From positions 5,405 through 69,404 of the forward strand of contig CAXMUJ010000215.1 of NCBI GenBank assembly GCA_964196455.1: DNA of 64,000 nucleotides. The letters run 5' to 3'. Below the pieces are notes generated by a model. That model was not told the origin of the DNA and did not search any database. It worked only from the letters and a program-made list of their open reading frames with translations. Position 1 is the first letter of the stretch; the number at the start of each line of letters is the position of its first letter. The translations under genes and the position numbers were made by a program. This DNA is from an uncultured Myxococcota bacterium (GTDB lineage Bacteria; Pseudomonadota; Alphaproteobacteria; Rhodobacterales; Rhodobacteraceae). Shown one piece after another: positions 32,640-44,695 of the stretch.

Positions 32640-32655
32640 CCTGACAGCCAAGCAA

Positions 32656-32679
32656 TACCCCCGAACCAGATCGGGGGTA
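32656..32679. other. perfect 9-bp hairpin just after prs, with no U-tract
   Basis: TACCCCCGA-accaga-TCGGGGGTA is read directly from the sequence. Confidence 0.5.
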
Positions 32680-32704
32680 GCGCGGCAAACAGGCGTCCAG
32701 ATAC

Positions 32705-32735
32705 AAAAAAGCCTCCGAAAACCGGAGGCTTTTTC
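32705..32735. terminator. bidirectional intrinsic terminator between convergent prs and atpC
   Basis: The sequence reads AAAAAAGCCTCCG-aaaac-CGGAGGCTTTTT. An A-run and a T-run flank an 8-bp GC-rich stem. Confidence 0.85.
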
Positions 32736-32751
32736 AAGTCTGTCTCTTTAC

Positions 32752-33150
32752 CTAGATCGCCAGCAAATCGCCAAGTGCTTTGGTGTCCGCCAGACGTTTG
32801 TCTGCCATATCCTTGTCAGCACCGGATGTACCCTCGGCAGCTTCTGCTGCTTCGGCAATCATCGCATCAAGCGTCTCGCGGGTAACCTCACCCTTGGGAA
32901 CGGCTTGCTCTGCCAAAACAGAAGCGCTGGTGCCGGAAACCTCGACAAAACCGCCAGTGACCACATATTCAGTCACGTCTGATCCTGCCTTTACCGTCAA
33001 CACACCGGGGCGCAACGTTGTCAAAAACGGTGCGTGCTCGGGCATGGCGGTGAAGTCACCTTCGGCGCCCGGGATCTCGATCTCGGTTGCTTCCAGTGAC
33101 GCCAGTTTCCGTTCCGGCGAAACAAGGTCGAATTTAATCGTGTCGGCCAT
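32752..33150 (-). CDS. atpC: F0F1 ATP synthase subunit epsilon
   Basis: The 132-aa ORF contains FDLVSPERKL...GDFTAMPEHAPFLTTLRPG and is the last gene of the atpHAGDC order. Confidence 0.93.
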   Translation of the reverse strand: MADTIKFDLVSPERKLASLEATEIEIPGAEGDFTAMPEHAPFLTTLRPGVLTVKAGSDVTEYVVTGGFVEVSGTSASVLAEQAVPKGEVTRETLDAMIAEAAEAAEGTSGADKDMADKRLADTKALGDLLAI

Positions 33151-33168
33151 GTGAATGGGCCCCCTTGA

Positions 33169-34620
<1,452 letters not shown>

Positions 34621-35493
34621 TTAAAGCGCTTCCGCGCCCGAGATAATCTCGATCAATTCGTTTGTAATCGCAGCTTGACGGGACCGGTTGTACACGATTG
34701 TCATTTTGTCGATCATTTCACCAGCATTGCGCGTTGCATTGTCCATTGCGGACATACGCGCACCTTGCTCGGACGCGCCATTTTCCAGCAGAGCTGTGAA
34801 AATTTGGGTTGTCAGAGCACGCGGCAGCAAGTCAGCCAATATTTCATCTTCGCCCGGTTCGTATTCATAAAAAGGCGTTTCTGCACCCTCTTCTGCTTCG
34901 AACTTGGCCGGGATCAGTTGCAGCTCAGTCGGGATCTGATTGACCACGGATTGAAATTCGCTGAAGAAAATTGTCGCGACGTCGAACTCGCCGGCGTCGA
35001 AACGCGACAGAACATCTTTGGCAACGGCGGATGCGTTCACATATCTCAAACGTTTGACGTCAGAGTGGTCAACATGGCCGACGAAGTTATCGCCATAGCC
35101 CCGCTTCAACTGGTCGCGGCCTTTTTTGCCAACAGTCAGGATTTTGACTGTCTTTCCAGACGCCAACAATTCTTCCGCAGCAGCACGCGCCAGTTTGGCG
35201 ATCGAAGAGTTGAAACCGCCACACAAACCACGCTCGGCGGTTGCAACGATCAATAGATGTACCTGATCACTACCAGTTCCCGACAAAAGCTTTGGCGCGG
35301 TATCATTTCCCGCCGCTGCTCCTGACAGATTGGCCATAACCGCGCCCATACGATCTGCGTATGGGCGACCGGCTTCTGCTGCCTCTTGCGCACGGCGCAA
35401 TTTGGCAGCAGCAACCATCTGCATAGCCTTGGTGATCTTACGAGTGTTTTTGACACCCTGGATCCGGTTTCTTAGGTCCTTGAGATTTGGCAT
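34621..35493 (-). CDS. atpG: F0F1 ATP synthase subunit gamma
   Basis: [36 protein letters not shown] is present, with the C-terminal [15 protein letters not shown]. Confidence 0.97.
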   Translation of the reverse strand: MPNLKDLRNRIQGVKNTRKITKAMQMVAAAKLRRAQEAAEAGRPYADRMGAVMANLSGAAAGNDTAPKLLSGTGSDQVHLLIVATAERGLCGGFNSSIAKLARAAAEELLASGKTVKILTVGKKGRDQLKRGYGDNFVGHVDHSDVKRLRYVNASAVAKDVLSRFDAGEFDVATIFFSEFQSVVNQIPTELQLIPAKFEAEEGAETPFYEYEPGEDEILADLLPRALTTQIFTALLENGASEQGARMSAMDNATRNAGEMIDKMTIVYNRSRQAAITNELIEIISGAEAL

Positions 35494-35523
35494 ATACCAA
35501 ACTCCTGTCCACTAGCCTTCAGA

Positions 35524-37062
35524 TTAAGCGAAGTCTTTTGCAAAAGACGCCACAGCTGCTTTGACCTTGTCCTCGGCCTCACCTTTGATCTTTGGATCTT
35601 CTTTGGTGATATAGTCCAGAACATCGGCATTGTTGGCACGAAGATGCGCCAACAAACCAGCTTCGAAGCGGCTGACGTCATTGACGGCAACCTTGTCCAG
35701 AAAGCCGTGTGTACCAGCATAAAGAACGATAACCTGTTCCGCTGTTGTCAAAGGCGAATACTGAGCCTGTTTCAAAAGCTCGGTCAGACGTGCGCCGCGG
35801 GCCAACAGGGCCTGCGTCGACGCATCCAGATCGGAACCGAACTGAGCAAATGCCGCCATCTCGCGGTACTGAGCCAATTCCAGTTTGATCGAACCCGCAA
35901 CCGATTTCATCGCGTTTGTCTGCGCACTTGAGCCAACGCGGGAAACCGACAGACCGGTGTTCAACGCAGGACGGATGCCCTGGTAGAACAGTTCGGTTTC
36001 AAGGAAAATCTGACCATCAGTGATCGAGATCACGTTGGTTGGAATAAACGCGGACACGTCACCACCTTGGGTTTCGATAACCGGCAGCGCAGTCAAAGAA
36101 CCCGAGCCGTTATCTTCGTTCAGTTTGGCAGAGCGCTCCAGCAAACGAGAGTGAAGATAGAAAACGTCACCTGGGTAAGCTTCACGCCCTGGTGGACGAC
36201 GCAGCAGTAGGGACATTTGACGATACGCAACCGCTTGTTTGGTCAAGTCATCATAAATCATCAAGCCGTGCATACCGTTGTCACGGAAATACTCGCCCAT
36301 GGAAGTCGCAGCATAAGGTGCCAGAAACTGCATCGGTGCAGGATCGGACGCGGTTGCAGCAACCACGATCGAATATTTAATCGCGCCTGTCTCTTCCAGC
36401 TTTTTCACCAGCTGGGCAACAGTGGAGCGTTTCTGACCGATCGCAACATAGATACAATAGAGTTTTTTGCTCTCGTCGTCGCCGGCGGCTTCGTTATAGG
36501 ATTTTTGGTTCAGAATGGTATCCAGCGCGATGGCTGTCTTACCAGTTTGACGGTCACCAATGATCAACTCGCGCTGGCCACGGCCAACCGGGATCAAAGC
36601 ATCCACAGATTTCAGACCAGTTGCCATTGGCTCGTGAACCGATTTCCGAGGAATGATGCCCGGAGCTTTCACATCAGCCGTCGAGCGGCGCTTGGTGTTG
36701 ATCGGACCTTTGCCGTCAATCGGGTTACCCAGACCGTCAACAACACGACCCAGCAGTTCCGGACCAACTGGTACGTCCACAATCGCGTTTGTACGCTTGA
36801 CGGTGTCGCCTTCTTTAATGGCTTGGTCGGATCCAAAGATAACAACACCGACGTTGTCAACTTCTAGGTTAAGTGCCATCCCGCGAATACCGCCGGGGAA
36901 TTCAACCATTTCACCAGCTTGGACATTGTCCAGACCATGCACACGCGCGATACCGTCACCTACGGACAGAACACGGCCAACTTCGGCCACTTCGGCTTCT
37001 TGGCCAAAGTTCTTGATCTGGTCCTTGAGGATCGCAGAGATTTCTGCAGCTTGGATACCCAT
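35524..37062 (-). CDS. atpA: F0F1 ATP synthase subunit alpha
   Basis: [15 protein letters not shown] and the overall alpha-subunit sequence are present. Confidence 0.98.
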   Translation of the reverse strand: MGIQAAEISAILKDQIKNFGQEAEVAEVGRVLSVGDGIARVHGLDNVQAGEMVEFPGGIRGMALNLEVDNVGVVIFGSDQAIKEGDTVKRTNAIVDVPVGPELLGRVVDGLGNPIDGKGPINTKRRSTADVKAPGIIPRKSVHEPMATGLKSVDALIPVGRGQRELIIGDRQTGKTAIALDTILNQKSYNEAAGDDESKKLYCIYVAIGQKRSTVAQLVKKLEETGAIKYSIVVAATASDPAPMQFLAPYAATSMGEYFRDNGMHGLMIYDDLTKQAVAYRQMSLLLRRPPGREAYPGDVFYLHSRLLERSAKLNEDNGSGSLTALPVIETQGGDVSAFIPTNVISITDGQIFLETELFYQGIRPALNTGLSVSRVGSSAQTNAMKSVAGSIKLELAQYREMAAFAQFGSDLDASTQALLARGARLTELLKQAQYSPLTTAEQVIVLYAGTHGFLDKVAVNDVSRFEAGLLAHLRANNADVLDYITKEDPKIKGEAEDKVKAAVASFAKDFA

Positions 37063-37652
37063 TATCCGACCTCTTTCATTGAATTTTGAAGATTGGAGAG
37101 TTTCGAGCGGATCGACGTATCGATCATACGCGAACCCACTTTAACAATTAAACCGCCGATGAGGCTTTCATCGACGGCGACATTCACAATTACATTCTTG
37201 CCGACAGACGCTTTCAGCGTCTTGGCCAGATTGTCTGACTGGGCTTTGGTCAAAGCCTTGGCGGCTGTGACTTCTGCAGTCACTTCGCCTTTTTCTTCCG
37301 CGATCATTTCTCTTACAGACGTGATCAGTGCGGGCACGACGAACAGGCGGCGCTTGTTGGCCATCAAACCAAGAGTATTCGACAGCAGCTGCGACAGCCC
37401 CATCTTCTTGGTGATCGCGGCAATCGAATTTGCCTGCTCTTCGCGGGTATAGAGAGGAGAGGAGAGCAAGTCGCCGAACTCGGCGCTAGACTCCAGTGTA
37501 TCCGCCAATGCGTTTAGATCTTTTTCCAAAGCAGGCAGGGTTTTGGCCTCTTTGGCCAGATCGAAAATCGCCTTCGCATAGCGCGAAGAAATTCCCGAAG
37601 TTATGGATGCTGTTTCTGACACGAAAGCCTTCCGAATTAGAATTATCGGCAC
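37062..37652 (-). CDS. atpH: F0F1 ATP synthase subunit delta (OSCP)
   Basis: [15 protein letters not shown]...IDTSIRSKL is present. The true start may be the in-frame GTG near 37622. Confidence 0.9.
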   Translation of the reverse strand: MPIILIRKAFVSETASITSGISSRYAKAIFDLAKEAKTLPALEKDLNALADTLESSAEFGDLLSSPLYTREEQANSIAAITKKMGLSQLLSNTLGLMANKRRLFVVPALITSVREMIAEEKGEVTAEVTAAKALTKAQSDNLAKTLKASVGKNVIVNVAVDESLIGGLIVKVGSRMIDTSIRSKLSNLQNSMKEVG

Positions 37653-37930
37653 ATCAGAGCGCCAGCGAGTTTAAACAGACCCCTGCGGAGCCTACCGGCT
37701 ATCCCCAAGATCAGCGAGTAGATACCAAAGGCCATGCCAGTGTGCAAGAGAAGGCTTTGCCCAGCGAAAAACAGACTTATTGCATACTTTCAACTACTTA
37801 TACATTTACCGCGACAATCTGCGCGATGCTTTCGCAAAAAAAGTATCGGGATTCCACACAGCGAGGTCAAATTATTTCAATTTCATGACCAACAATCGGC
37901 ATTTACTGCGCCAATCCGTCGCCGAATCTG

Positions 37931-38776
37931 TCATCCACCGGGATCTGATCCGCCGATCAAACCGGAAACCGGTTTTCCGCCTGGTTTTGCAATTCCCTCC
38001 AATGCGCTTAGAGGCCGGCGCACTGCTTCGCCCAATCCCTTGTTGTTGGGAGCATAGACTTGCTTGGTAGCCTCAACCATGACAACGCCCGCCGCAAAGG
38101 GCAGCGGCACACGCAAACTGAAGCGTTCGATGTATTTGGCAAACCGTATGGATATCTTGCGGTGACTCGGCGCAGCATAGAGCGCGGACAAGTGGCGCAC
38201 TGGCATAAACCGGTTTCTCTTCAACTGTGTTTCCAACTGGGCCAATGAATAGGGCTGACCATAGCCAAAGGGGGTCCTGGCGCGTCGCGCCCACAAACCC
38301 GACCGGTTGGGGACGACAAACAAAACTTTGCCGCCGGGTCCCAAAACACGCCAAATTTCCTCTAGCAATGCATCGCGCGTATCGCAGGTCTCCAACCCAT
38401 GTAAAACGATAAGCTTGTCAATCAATCCGGTTTGAACTGGCCAGAACGTCTCCTCGACCAGCAAAGATCTGTTCAAATCATTCTCCGGCCAGGCCATTAC
38501 GCCTTGTTGGTCCGGCATCAAACACATCACCCGTCGAGCCGTTGCCAGAAAGGGTCGCAATACCGGTGCTGCAAAGCCGAAACCAGCGACGGTCTGGCCA
38601 CGGCTGTCGGGCCATATCTCTGCTATTTTGTTGTTCAGAGATCGCTGGACGATCCGCCCCAATTGGGTCCGGTAATAAAAAGCCCGCAAATCGACAACAT
38701 CCAGATGCATAGGTTTGTCCGTTTCAAAAGTGGCGAGATATCCTGTCTGCGCAAGTGCAGAACCCACTAACGCCAT
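37931..38776 (-). CDS. class I SAM-dependent methyltransferase
   Basis: The 281-aa ORF has methyltransferase-type-11-like segments (VLHGLE, LGPGGKVLFVVPNRSGLWAR). The start is uncertain (an alternative MHLDVV is possible). Confidence 0.65.
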   Translation of the reverse strand: MALVGSALAQTGYLATFETDKPMHLDVVDLRAFYYRTQLGRIVQRSLNNKIAEIWPDSRGQTVAGFGFAAPVLRPFLATARRVMCLMPDQQGVMAWPENDLNRSLLVEETFWPVQTGLIDKLIVLHGLETCDTRDALLEEIWRVLGPGGKVLFVVPNRSGLWARRARTPFGYGQPYSLAQLETQLKRNRFMPVRHLSALYAAPSHRKISIRFAKYIERFSLRVPLPFAAGVVMVEATKQVYAPNNKGLGEAVRRPLSALEGIAKPGGKPVSGLIGGSDPGG

Positions 38777-39141
38777 TGTTAGCGATTTTCACGCGTTCAA
38801 CAATCTCTATATAAAGCTTGGCATCGGAAAATACAGAACAGGGTATCAGGAATAATTCGACAAAATATCACGGCGCAACACCCCGAGAAACGCCGCTCGC
38901 ACCCGGAACTATCACGGGTCCGTGGCCGAGCAAGCTTGTGAATTCGCTGCAATAGCCTCTTGACAACAGGCATTCGAAGCACACAGCGGCACCGATTTCG
39001 CCATATTTTGCATTTTTTTAGCCAATTTGAGATTTAATACTTAAAAACCCCTTGAAGGTTTTCAATTATAGGCGAACTTTAAGGTACGGAGGATTTGTAG
39101 ACGCGGATGCCTGCATCCCGATCGAAAGGAAGACCGACTAA

Positions 39142-41463
39142 ATGCCAACATTCTCGACCAGTCTGGAAAATGCAATCCATTCCGCCTTGGCCTATGCCAA
39201 CAGCCGCAATCACGAACTTGCAACGCTGGAGCATCTGTTGCTGGCGCTTGTTGATGAAGAAGACGCTGCAAATGTGATGCGGGCCTGTTTTGTTGATCTG
39301 GATGCTTTGCGTGCGAATCTGATCGGCTTTCTGGACACCGAACTGGACACTTTAGTATCGGACGATACTGATCCCGAAGCAACGCCAACGACGGCGTTTC
39401 AGCGTGTGATCCAACGCGCCGCTATTCATGTTCAAAGCTCTGGCCGGACCGAAGTGACCGGCGCCAATGTTTTGGTTGCCATCTTTGCCGAGCGCGAGAG
39501 CCATGCAGCCTATTTCCTGCAAGAACAGGATATGACCCGGTATGACGCGGTAAATTTCATATCGCATGGCGTTGCCAAAGATCCCGCATTTGGCGAAACC
39601 CGCTCTGTCAGCGGTGCAGAACATATAGAAGATGTGACCGGCAGTCCTTCCGAGACCAAAAATCGGGAAAGCGCGCTGGCGAAATACTGTGTCGATTTGA
39701 ATGCCAAAGCGATTGATGGCGAGATTGATCCGTTGATCGGACGCGAACACGAAGTAGAGCGCTGCATTCAGATCCTCTGCCGTCGACGCAAAAACAATCC
39801 GATTTTGGTCGGCGATCCGGGCGTTGGTAAAACCGCCATCGCCGAAGGCTTGGCGGCAAAGATCGTTGACGGATCGGCGCCGGAAATTTTGGCAGGTGCC
39901 ACGATCTACTCTCTCGATATGGGGGCACTGCTGGCGGGGACCCGCTATCGCGGTGATTTCGAAGAACGGTTAAAGGCGGTCGTAACCGAGCTGGAAAACC
40001 ATGCGGACGGGATTCTGTTTATTGACGAGATCCATACAGTTATTGGTGCAGGTGCGACTTCGGGTGGTGCTATGGATGCGTCCAATCTGCTGAAACCTGC
40101 GTTGCAGGGTGGCAAGTTGCGGTGCATGGGATCAACCACTTACAAGGAATACCGTCAACACTTTGAAAAGGACCGCGCCCTGTCGCGCCGGTTCCAGAAG
40201 ATCGACATTGTCGAGCCTTCGGTCGAGGATTCGATCAAAATCCTGAAAGGCCTAAAACCGTATTTCGAAGACCACCACAAAATCAAATTCACCAGCGACG
40301 CTATAAAAACGGCGGTCGATCTGGCGGCGCGTTATATCCACGACCGCAAGCTGCCGGACAAAGCCATCGACGTTATTGACGAGGCTGGTGCCTATCAACA
40401 TTTGGTCCCGGAAAGCAAACGTCGCAAAACCATCGGCACCAAAGAGATCGAAGCCGTCGTTGCCAAAATCGCGCGCATCCCGCCCAAAAACGTCTCGCGC
40501 AGCGACACAATGCTGTTGCAGGATCTGGAAAGCTCGCTCAAACGCGTGGTCTTTGGTCAGGATGATGCGATCCTCGCTCTGTCCTCGGCAATCAAGCTGT
40601 CACGTGCCGGATTGCGCGAGCCTGAAAAACCCATCGGCAATTATCTGTTCGCGGGTCCGACAGGTGTCGGTAAAACCGAAGTTGCCAAACAACTGGCAGA
40701 CACACTGGGTGTGGAACTGCTGCGGTTTGACATGTCCGAGTATATGGAAAAACACGCCATCTCGCGGCTTATCGGTGCGCCTCCGGGCTATGTCGGGTTT
40801 GATCAGGGTGGCATGTTAACTGATGGCGTGGACCAGCATCCGCATTGTGTGCTGCTGTTGGACGAAATCGAAAAAGCCCACCCGGACGTCTATAACATCC
40901 TGTTGCAAGTTATGGATCACGGCAAGCTGACAGATCATAACGGCCGCACGGTGGACTTTCGCAATGTCATTCTGATCATGACAACCAATGCCGGTGCCAC
41001 CGAAATGGCCAAGACGGCTATCGGCTTTGGTCGTGATCGTCGCGAAGGTGAAGATACTGCTGCGATCGAGCGGACGTTTACGCCAGAGTTCCGCAACCGT
41101 CTGGACGCGGTAATCAGCTTTGGTAGCCTGTCCAAAGATGTCATCCTCAAGGTCGTTGACAAGTTCATCGCTCAGCTCGAAGCCCAGTTGATGGATCGCA
41201 ACGTGACCTTTGAGTTGACGTCTGAGGCGGCGGAATGGCTGGGGAACAAGGGCTACGACGACCGGATGGGTGCACGCCCCTTGTCGCGTGTCATTCAGGA
41301 ACATATCAAGCGGCCACTGGCCGAAGAATTGCTGTTCGGCAAGCTGGCCAAGGGCGGCATCGTCAAGGTCGGCATCAAGGATGGCAAAATCAAGCTGACG
41401 TTGGAAAAACCGGAAAACCGCAAACTCTCGCGTAACAAGCCGCCATTGTTAACGGCGGACTAG
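39142..41463 (+). CDS. clpA: ATP-dependent Clp protease ATP-binding subunit ClpA
   Basis: A Clp_N repeat N-terminus, two AAA+ modules ([25 protein letters not shown]) and the 773-aa length are consistent with ClpA. Confidence 0.96.
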   Translation: MPTFSTSLENAIHSALAYANSRNHELATLEHLLLALVDEEDAANVMRACFVDLDALRANLIGFLDTELDTLVSDDTDPEATPTTAFQRVIQRAAIHVQSSGRTEVTGANVLVAIFAERESHAAYFLQEQDMTRYDAVNFISHGVAKDPAFGETRSVSGAEHIEDVTGSPSETKNRESALAKYCVDLNAKAIDGEIDPLIGREHEVERCIQILCRRRKNNPILVGDPGVGKTAIAEGLAAKIVDGSAPEILAGATIYSLDMGALLAGTRYRGDFEERLKAVVTELENHADGILFIDEIHTVIGAGATSGGAMDASNLLKPALQGGKLRCMGSTTYKEYRQHFEKDRALSRRFQKIDIVEPSVEDSIKILKGLKPYFEDHHKIKFTSDAIKTAVDLAARYIHDRKLPDKAIDVIDEAGAYQHLVPESKRRKTIGTKEIEAVVAKIARIPPKNVSRSDTMLLQDLESSLKRVVFGQDDAILALSSAIKLSRAGLREPEKPIGNYLFAGPTGVGKTEVAKQLADTLGVELLRFDMSEYMEKHAISRLIGAPPGYVGFDQGGMLTDGVDQHPHCVLLLDEIEKAHPDVYNILLQVMDHGKLTDHNGRTVDFRNVILIMTTNAGATEMAKTAIGFGRDRREGEDTAAIERTFTPEFRNRLDAVISFGSLSKDVILKVVDKFIAQLEAQLMDRNVTFELTSEAAEWLGNKGYDDRMGARPLSRVIQEHIKRPLAEELLFGKLAKGGIVKVGIKDGKIKLTLEKPENRKLSRNKPPLLTAD

Positions 41464-41479
41464 AGACACCTAAAATCAT

Positions 41480-41513
41480 AAAATGGCGCCGTTGGAAACT
41501 TCGACGCCATTTT
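41480..41513 (+). terminator. probable intrinsic terminator of clpA
   Basis: AAAATGGCG...(16-nt loop)...CGCCATTTT lies 17 nt after the stop. The loop is large, so confidence is moderate. Confidence 0.5.
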
Positions 41514-41643
41514 CGTGGGCAAAATCATTCTTCCATGTGCCAACCCATGTGCCAAGTGTCGGCAACACTCTGCGCTAGCCTAATTTCCGGTGATTGCCGA
41601 CAGAGGCTTGACGAAGCGGGTCAGCACGCGCACTAACCACACC

Positions 41644-42840
41644 ATGACAACAGAAAAAACAGATGTGCTGGTAATCGGTGCGGGTCCTGCGGGATTAATG
41701 GCGGCAGAAGTCTTGTCCAGCGCAGGCCACAGCGTTCAGGTGGTGGACGCCATGCCCTCGCCGGCGCGTAAATTCTTGATGGCTGGGAAATCCGGCCTGA
41801 ATATCACCAAGGATCAACCCATTGATGCGTTTGTCGCGCAGTTTACCACCGCGTCCGACTGGTTGACGCCGGCGTTGCGCCGTTTTGGACCGGAACAGGT
41901 GCAAGATTGGGCGCGCGGGTTGGGGATCGACTTGTTTGTGGGCTCCACTGGCCGCGTCTTTCCGGTCGAGATGAAGGCCTCGCCTTTGCTGCGCGCTTGG
42001 TTGACGCGTCTTGACGACAATGGCGTCACGCTGCGCCGGCGTTGGCGCTGGACCGGTTGGGATGGCGACACTGCCACATTTGACACGCCGGACGGCGCGG
42101 CACAGATCGACGCCAAGGCGACAATTCTTGCCTTGGGCGGTGCCAGCTGGGCGCGTCTTGGCTCGGACGGACGCTGGTTGGAAACTCTGACCGGCGCGGA
42201 TGTGGCCACTGATGCCTTTGCGCCGTCAAATGCCGGTCTGACGGTGGCATGGACTGCGCATATGGAACGGCATTTTGGTACGCCGCTCAAAAACATCGCG
42301 CTAAGGTCGGGTCAAAAATCCACCCGTGGCGAATGCATCGTCTCAAAACATGGGCTGGAGGGCGGCGGCGTATATATGCTCAGCCCCGCCGCGCGCGATG
42401 GCGCCGATATCACGCTGGACCTGTTGCCCGACATGTCAGCAGATCAAATCGCCAGCCGGCTGTTACGGCCGCAAGGCAAGCAATCGCTGACCAATTACCT
42501 GCGCAAGACGCTGCGCCTTGATCCGGTCAAAATCGCCTTGTTGCGGGAATTTGGTGGTGCGTTGCCAAGCGACGCCGCTCTTGCCAACCTGATAAAGTCA
42601 CTGCCGGTGCGCTATGACGGGCTACGTCCGATTGACGAAGCGATCTCGGTGGCGGGTGGTATTAGCCCGGACGCGATGGATGAAACCTATATGCTACGCG
42701 CTCGACCGGGTGTCTTTTGTTGTGGTGAAATGACCAGTTGGGACGCACCAACCGGTGGTTATTTGTTGACGGGTTGTTTTGCCACCGGTCATTGGGCCGG
42801 ACAGCACGCTGTTGATTGGTTGTCTCGACCAGAGGCTTAG
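41644..42840 (+). CDS. HI0933/BaiN-like flavoprotein (TIGR03862-type NAD(FAD)-utilising dehydrogenase)
   Basis: DVLVIGAGPAGLMAAEVL...FLMAGKSGLNIT...CCGEMTSWDAPTGGYLL is present. The ATG at 41644 is preferred over the track start at 41590. Confidence 0.8.
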   Translation: MTTEKTDVLVIGAGPAGLMAAEVLSSAGHSVQVVDAMPSPARKFLMAGKSGLNITKDQPIDAFVAQFTTASDWLTPALRRFGPEQVQDWARGLGIDLFVGSTGRVFPVEMKASPLLRAWLTRLDDNGVTLRRRWRWTGWDGDTATFDTPDGAAQIDAKATILALGGASWARLGSDGRWLETLTGADVATDAFAPSNAGLTVAWTAHMERHFGTPLKNIALRSGQKSTRGECIVSKHGLEGGGVYMLSPAARDGADITLDLLPDMSADQIASRLLRPQGKQSLTNYLRKTLRLDPVKIALLREFGGALPSDAALANLIKSLPVRYDGLRPIDEAISVAGGISPDAMDETYMLRARPGVFCCGEMTSWDAPTGGYLLTGCFATGHWAGQHAVDWLSRPEA

Positions 42841-42985
42841 GCGCAGGGCAAACTTAACTTTTCTGTATATGCTCTGATGCTGCATTCCCGACATGGCGCA
42901 AGCTGAATATTCGATCTAGCGACAGCCCCGTGCAACGCGAGTGTCAGAGACAGTATTCGGCACTTATGCCGGAACATTTGGTTGC

Positions 42986-44692
42986 TCACCGTTCTGTAAA
43001 CTTCAGCTCGATCCGGCGGTTCTGGGCGCGTGCTACGGGCGTGTCACCGAACGCGATCGGTTGAAATTCGCCAAATCCGTTGGCTGCCAGACGGTTGGCC
43101 GGAATGCCTTGGTCCTCGATCAGAAACCGGACAACCGACAGGGCGCGGGCCTGGCTCAATTCCCAGTTGTCTGCAAAAGCGCCCCGCCCGCGTACAGGAC
43201 TGTTATCTGTATGGCCGTCGACCCGCATGATCCAGTCGATACCGTCAGGAATTTGATCTCGAATATCCTGTAGGATACCGGCAATTTTGCGGATTTCTTC
43301 TTGGCCGCGTTCACCCAGATCGGCACGGCCCGGATCAAACAGAACTTCCGAGGAAAAGACAAACCGGTCACCGACAATGCGCACACCTTCACGTGCGCCC
43401 ATGATATCGCGCAGCTGAGCAAAGAACTCTGATTTGAACCGCCGCAAGTCTTTGGCCTCGGCCTCCAGTCGGGCGCGCTCTTCACGCTCGAACAGGGCGA
43501 TTTTGCGTTGTTCCGCCGCGACCTGAGCCAGCGCCGCATTCAGATTGCTGCCCAATGACTCGATTTGCACCTGCGCCTCGACATCGCGCGCGGCGGCGGC
43601 GTTCAGAACCGCTTGCAGGGCGTTAAGCTGTTGGCGCAGTTCCGCGGTTTGTTGGTTCAACAGCGCCAAACGACGCTGGCCGTCTGCTGAAATATCACGT
43701 TCCTGATCCAGCAAGCTGTTTGCCTGCGCCACCAATGCCCGCTGTTTTTCCGCTTCGGTGAGCGTTTCTGTCACATCCACCGACAAGCTATCATTGGCGG
43801 CATTGGCGGCGGCCAGCAGGGTCAGCGTATCTTCAGCTTGTTGGCGTTCAGCCTCCAGCGCCAGTTGCATCGCAGTAATCTCGTCTTGTGATCCGCGCAG
43901 CCGGTCGCGCAGCGCCGCTGCGGCGGCGGCTTCGGCCAAACGCTGTTTCTCGGTGTCGGACAATCCCGCTGCCAGCTCCTCGATCCGGGTGCGCAGATCT
44001 GCCTCGGTCGCTATTCTGGTGTCGTTTTCCAATTGGGACGCGCTCAGGGATGCCAGAGCCGAAACCAGAGTATCTTCGGTGTTGGCCACATCGGTTTGCA
44101 GATCGGCTATCATTGCCTCCAGCGCTTCGCGTTTGGCCGCCGCCAGACGCGCTTGTTCAGTTGCGACATCGATTTCACTGCGGACCTGAGCCAAAGCCAG
44201 TTGCGTTGCCTCTTTATCCGATATTTCCCGGCTCAAGTCGGCCTCGAGCTGCGCTTTGTTGGTCTCCAGCACGGCTTTGGCCACCTCCAGATCTGCCTTG
44301 CTGACCAAAAGCGACGCGACCCGTTCTTCAAAACTCGCTATCCGGGCTTGTTGATTTGCTGTCTCGGTGGTCAATGTGGCGATCAACGCAGTGTCTTGCG
44401 TGATCTTGTCTTGGGCCGATGACAAATTACCTTCCAGGGTGTCAACTTGATCCACCAAACCCTCGGCGCGCTGCTGTTCTAATCCGAGTGCAGACGCCAG
44501 ACTGCTAAGCTGCAGGTTCAAGTCCTCAAGCTCGCGGTCTTTGCCGCTAATGGTTTCACGCAATACGAACTGCACCACCATAAAAATGGTCAGCACAAAA
44601 ATCAGGACCAACAGCAACGCTGTCATCGCATCGACAAATCCGGGCCAGATATTGGCCGAGGCAGCCTTTGAAGATCGTCGCGCCAGCCCCAT
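42986..44692 (-). CDS. MotB/OmpA-family stator-like protein with a long coiled-coil linker
   Basis: The 568-aa ORF has a short N-terminus, then a single TM helix with a conserved-type Asp (IWPGFVDAMTALLLVLIFVL). About 370 residues that are proline-free and rich in Ala/Leu/Glu/Gln follow. The C-terminus is an OmpA-like peptidoglycan-binding domain (FDPGRADL...DNWELSQARALSVVRFL...NRRIELKF). Confidence 0.8.
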   Translation of the reverse strand: MGLARRSSKAASANIWPGFVDAMTALLLVLIFVLTIFMVVQFVLRETISGKDRELEDLNLQLSSLASALGLEQQRAEGLVDQVDTLEGNLSSAQDKITQDTALIATLTTETANQQARIASFEERVASLLVSKADLEVAKAVLETNKAQLEADLSREISDKEATQLALAQVRSEIDVATEQARLAAAKREALEAMIADLQTDVANTEDTLVSALASLSASQLENDTRIATEADLRTRIEELAAGLSDTEKQRLAEAAAAAALRDRLRGSQDEITAMQLALEAERQQAEDTLTLLAAANAANDSLSVDVTETLTEAEKQRALVAQANSLLDQERDISADGQRRLALLNQQTAELRQQLNALQAVLNAAAARDVEAQVQIESLGSNLNAALAQVAAEQRKIALFEREERARLEAEAKDLRRFKSEFFAQLRDIMGAREGVRIVGDRFVFSSEVLFDPGRADLGERGQEEIRKIAGILQDIRDQIPDGIDWIMRVDGHTDNSPVRGRGAFADNWELSQARALSVVRFLIEDQGIPANRLAANGFGEFQPIAFGDTPVARAQNRRIELKFTER

Positions 44693-44695
44693 TGG

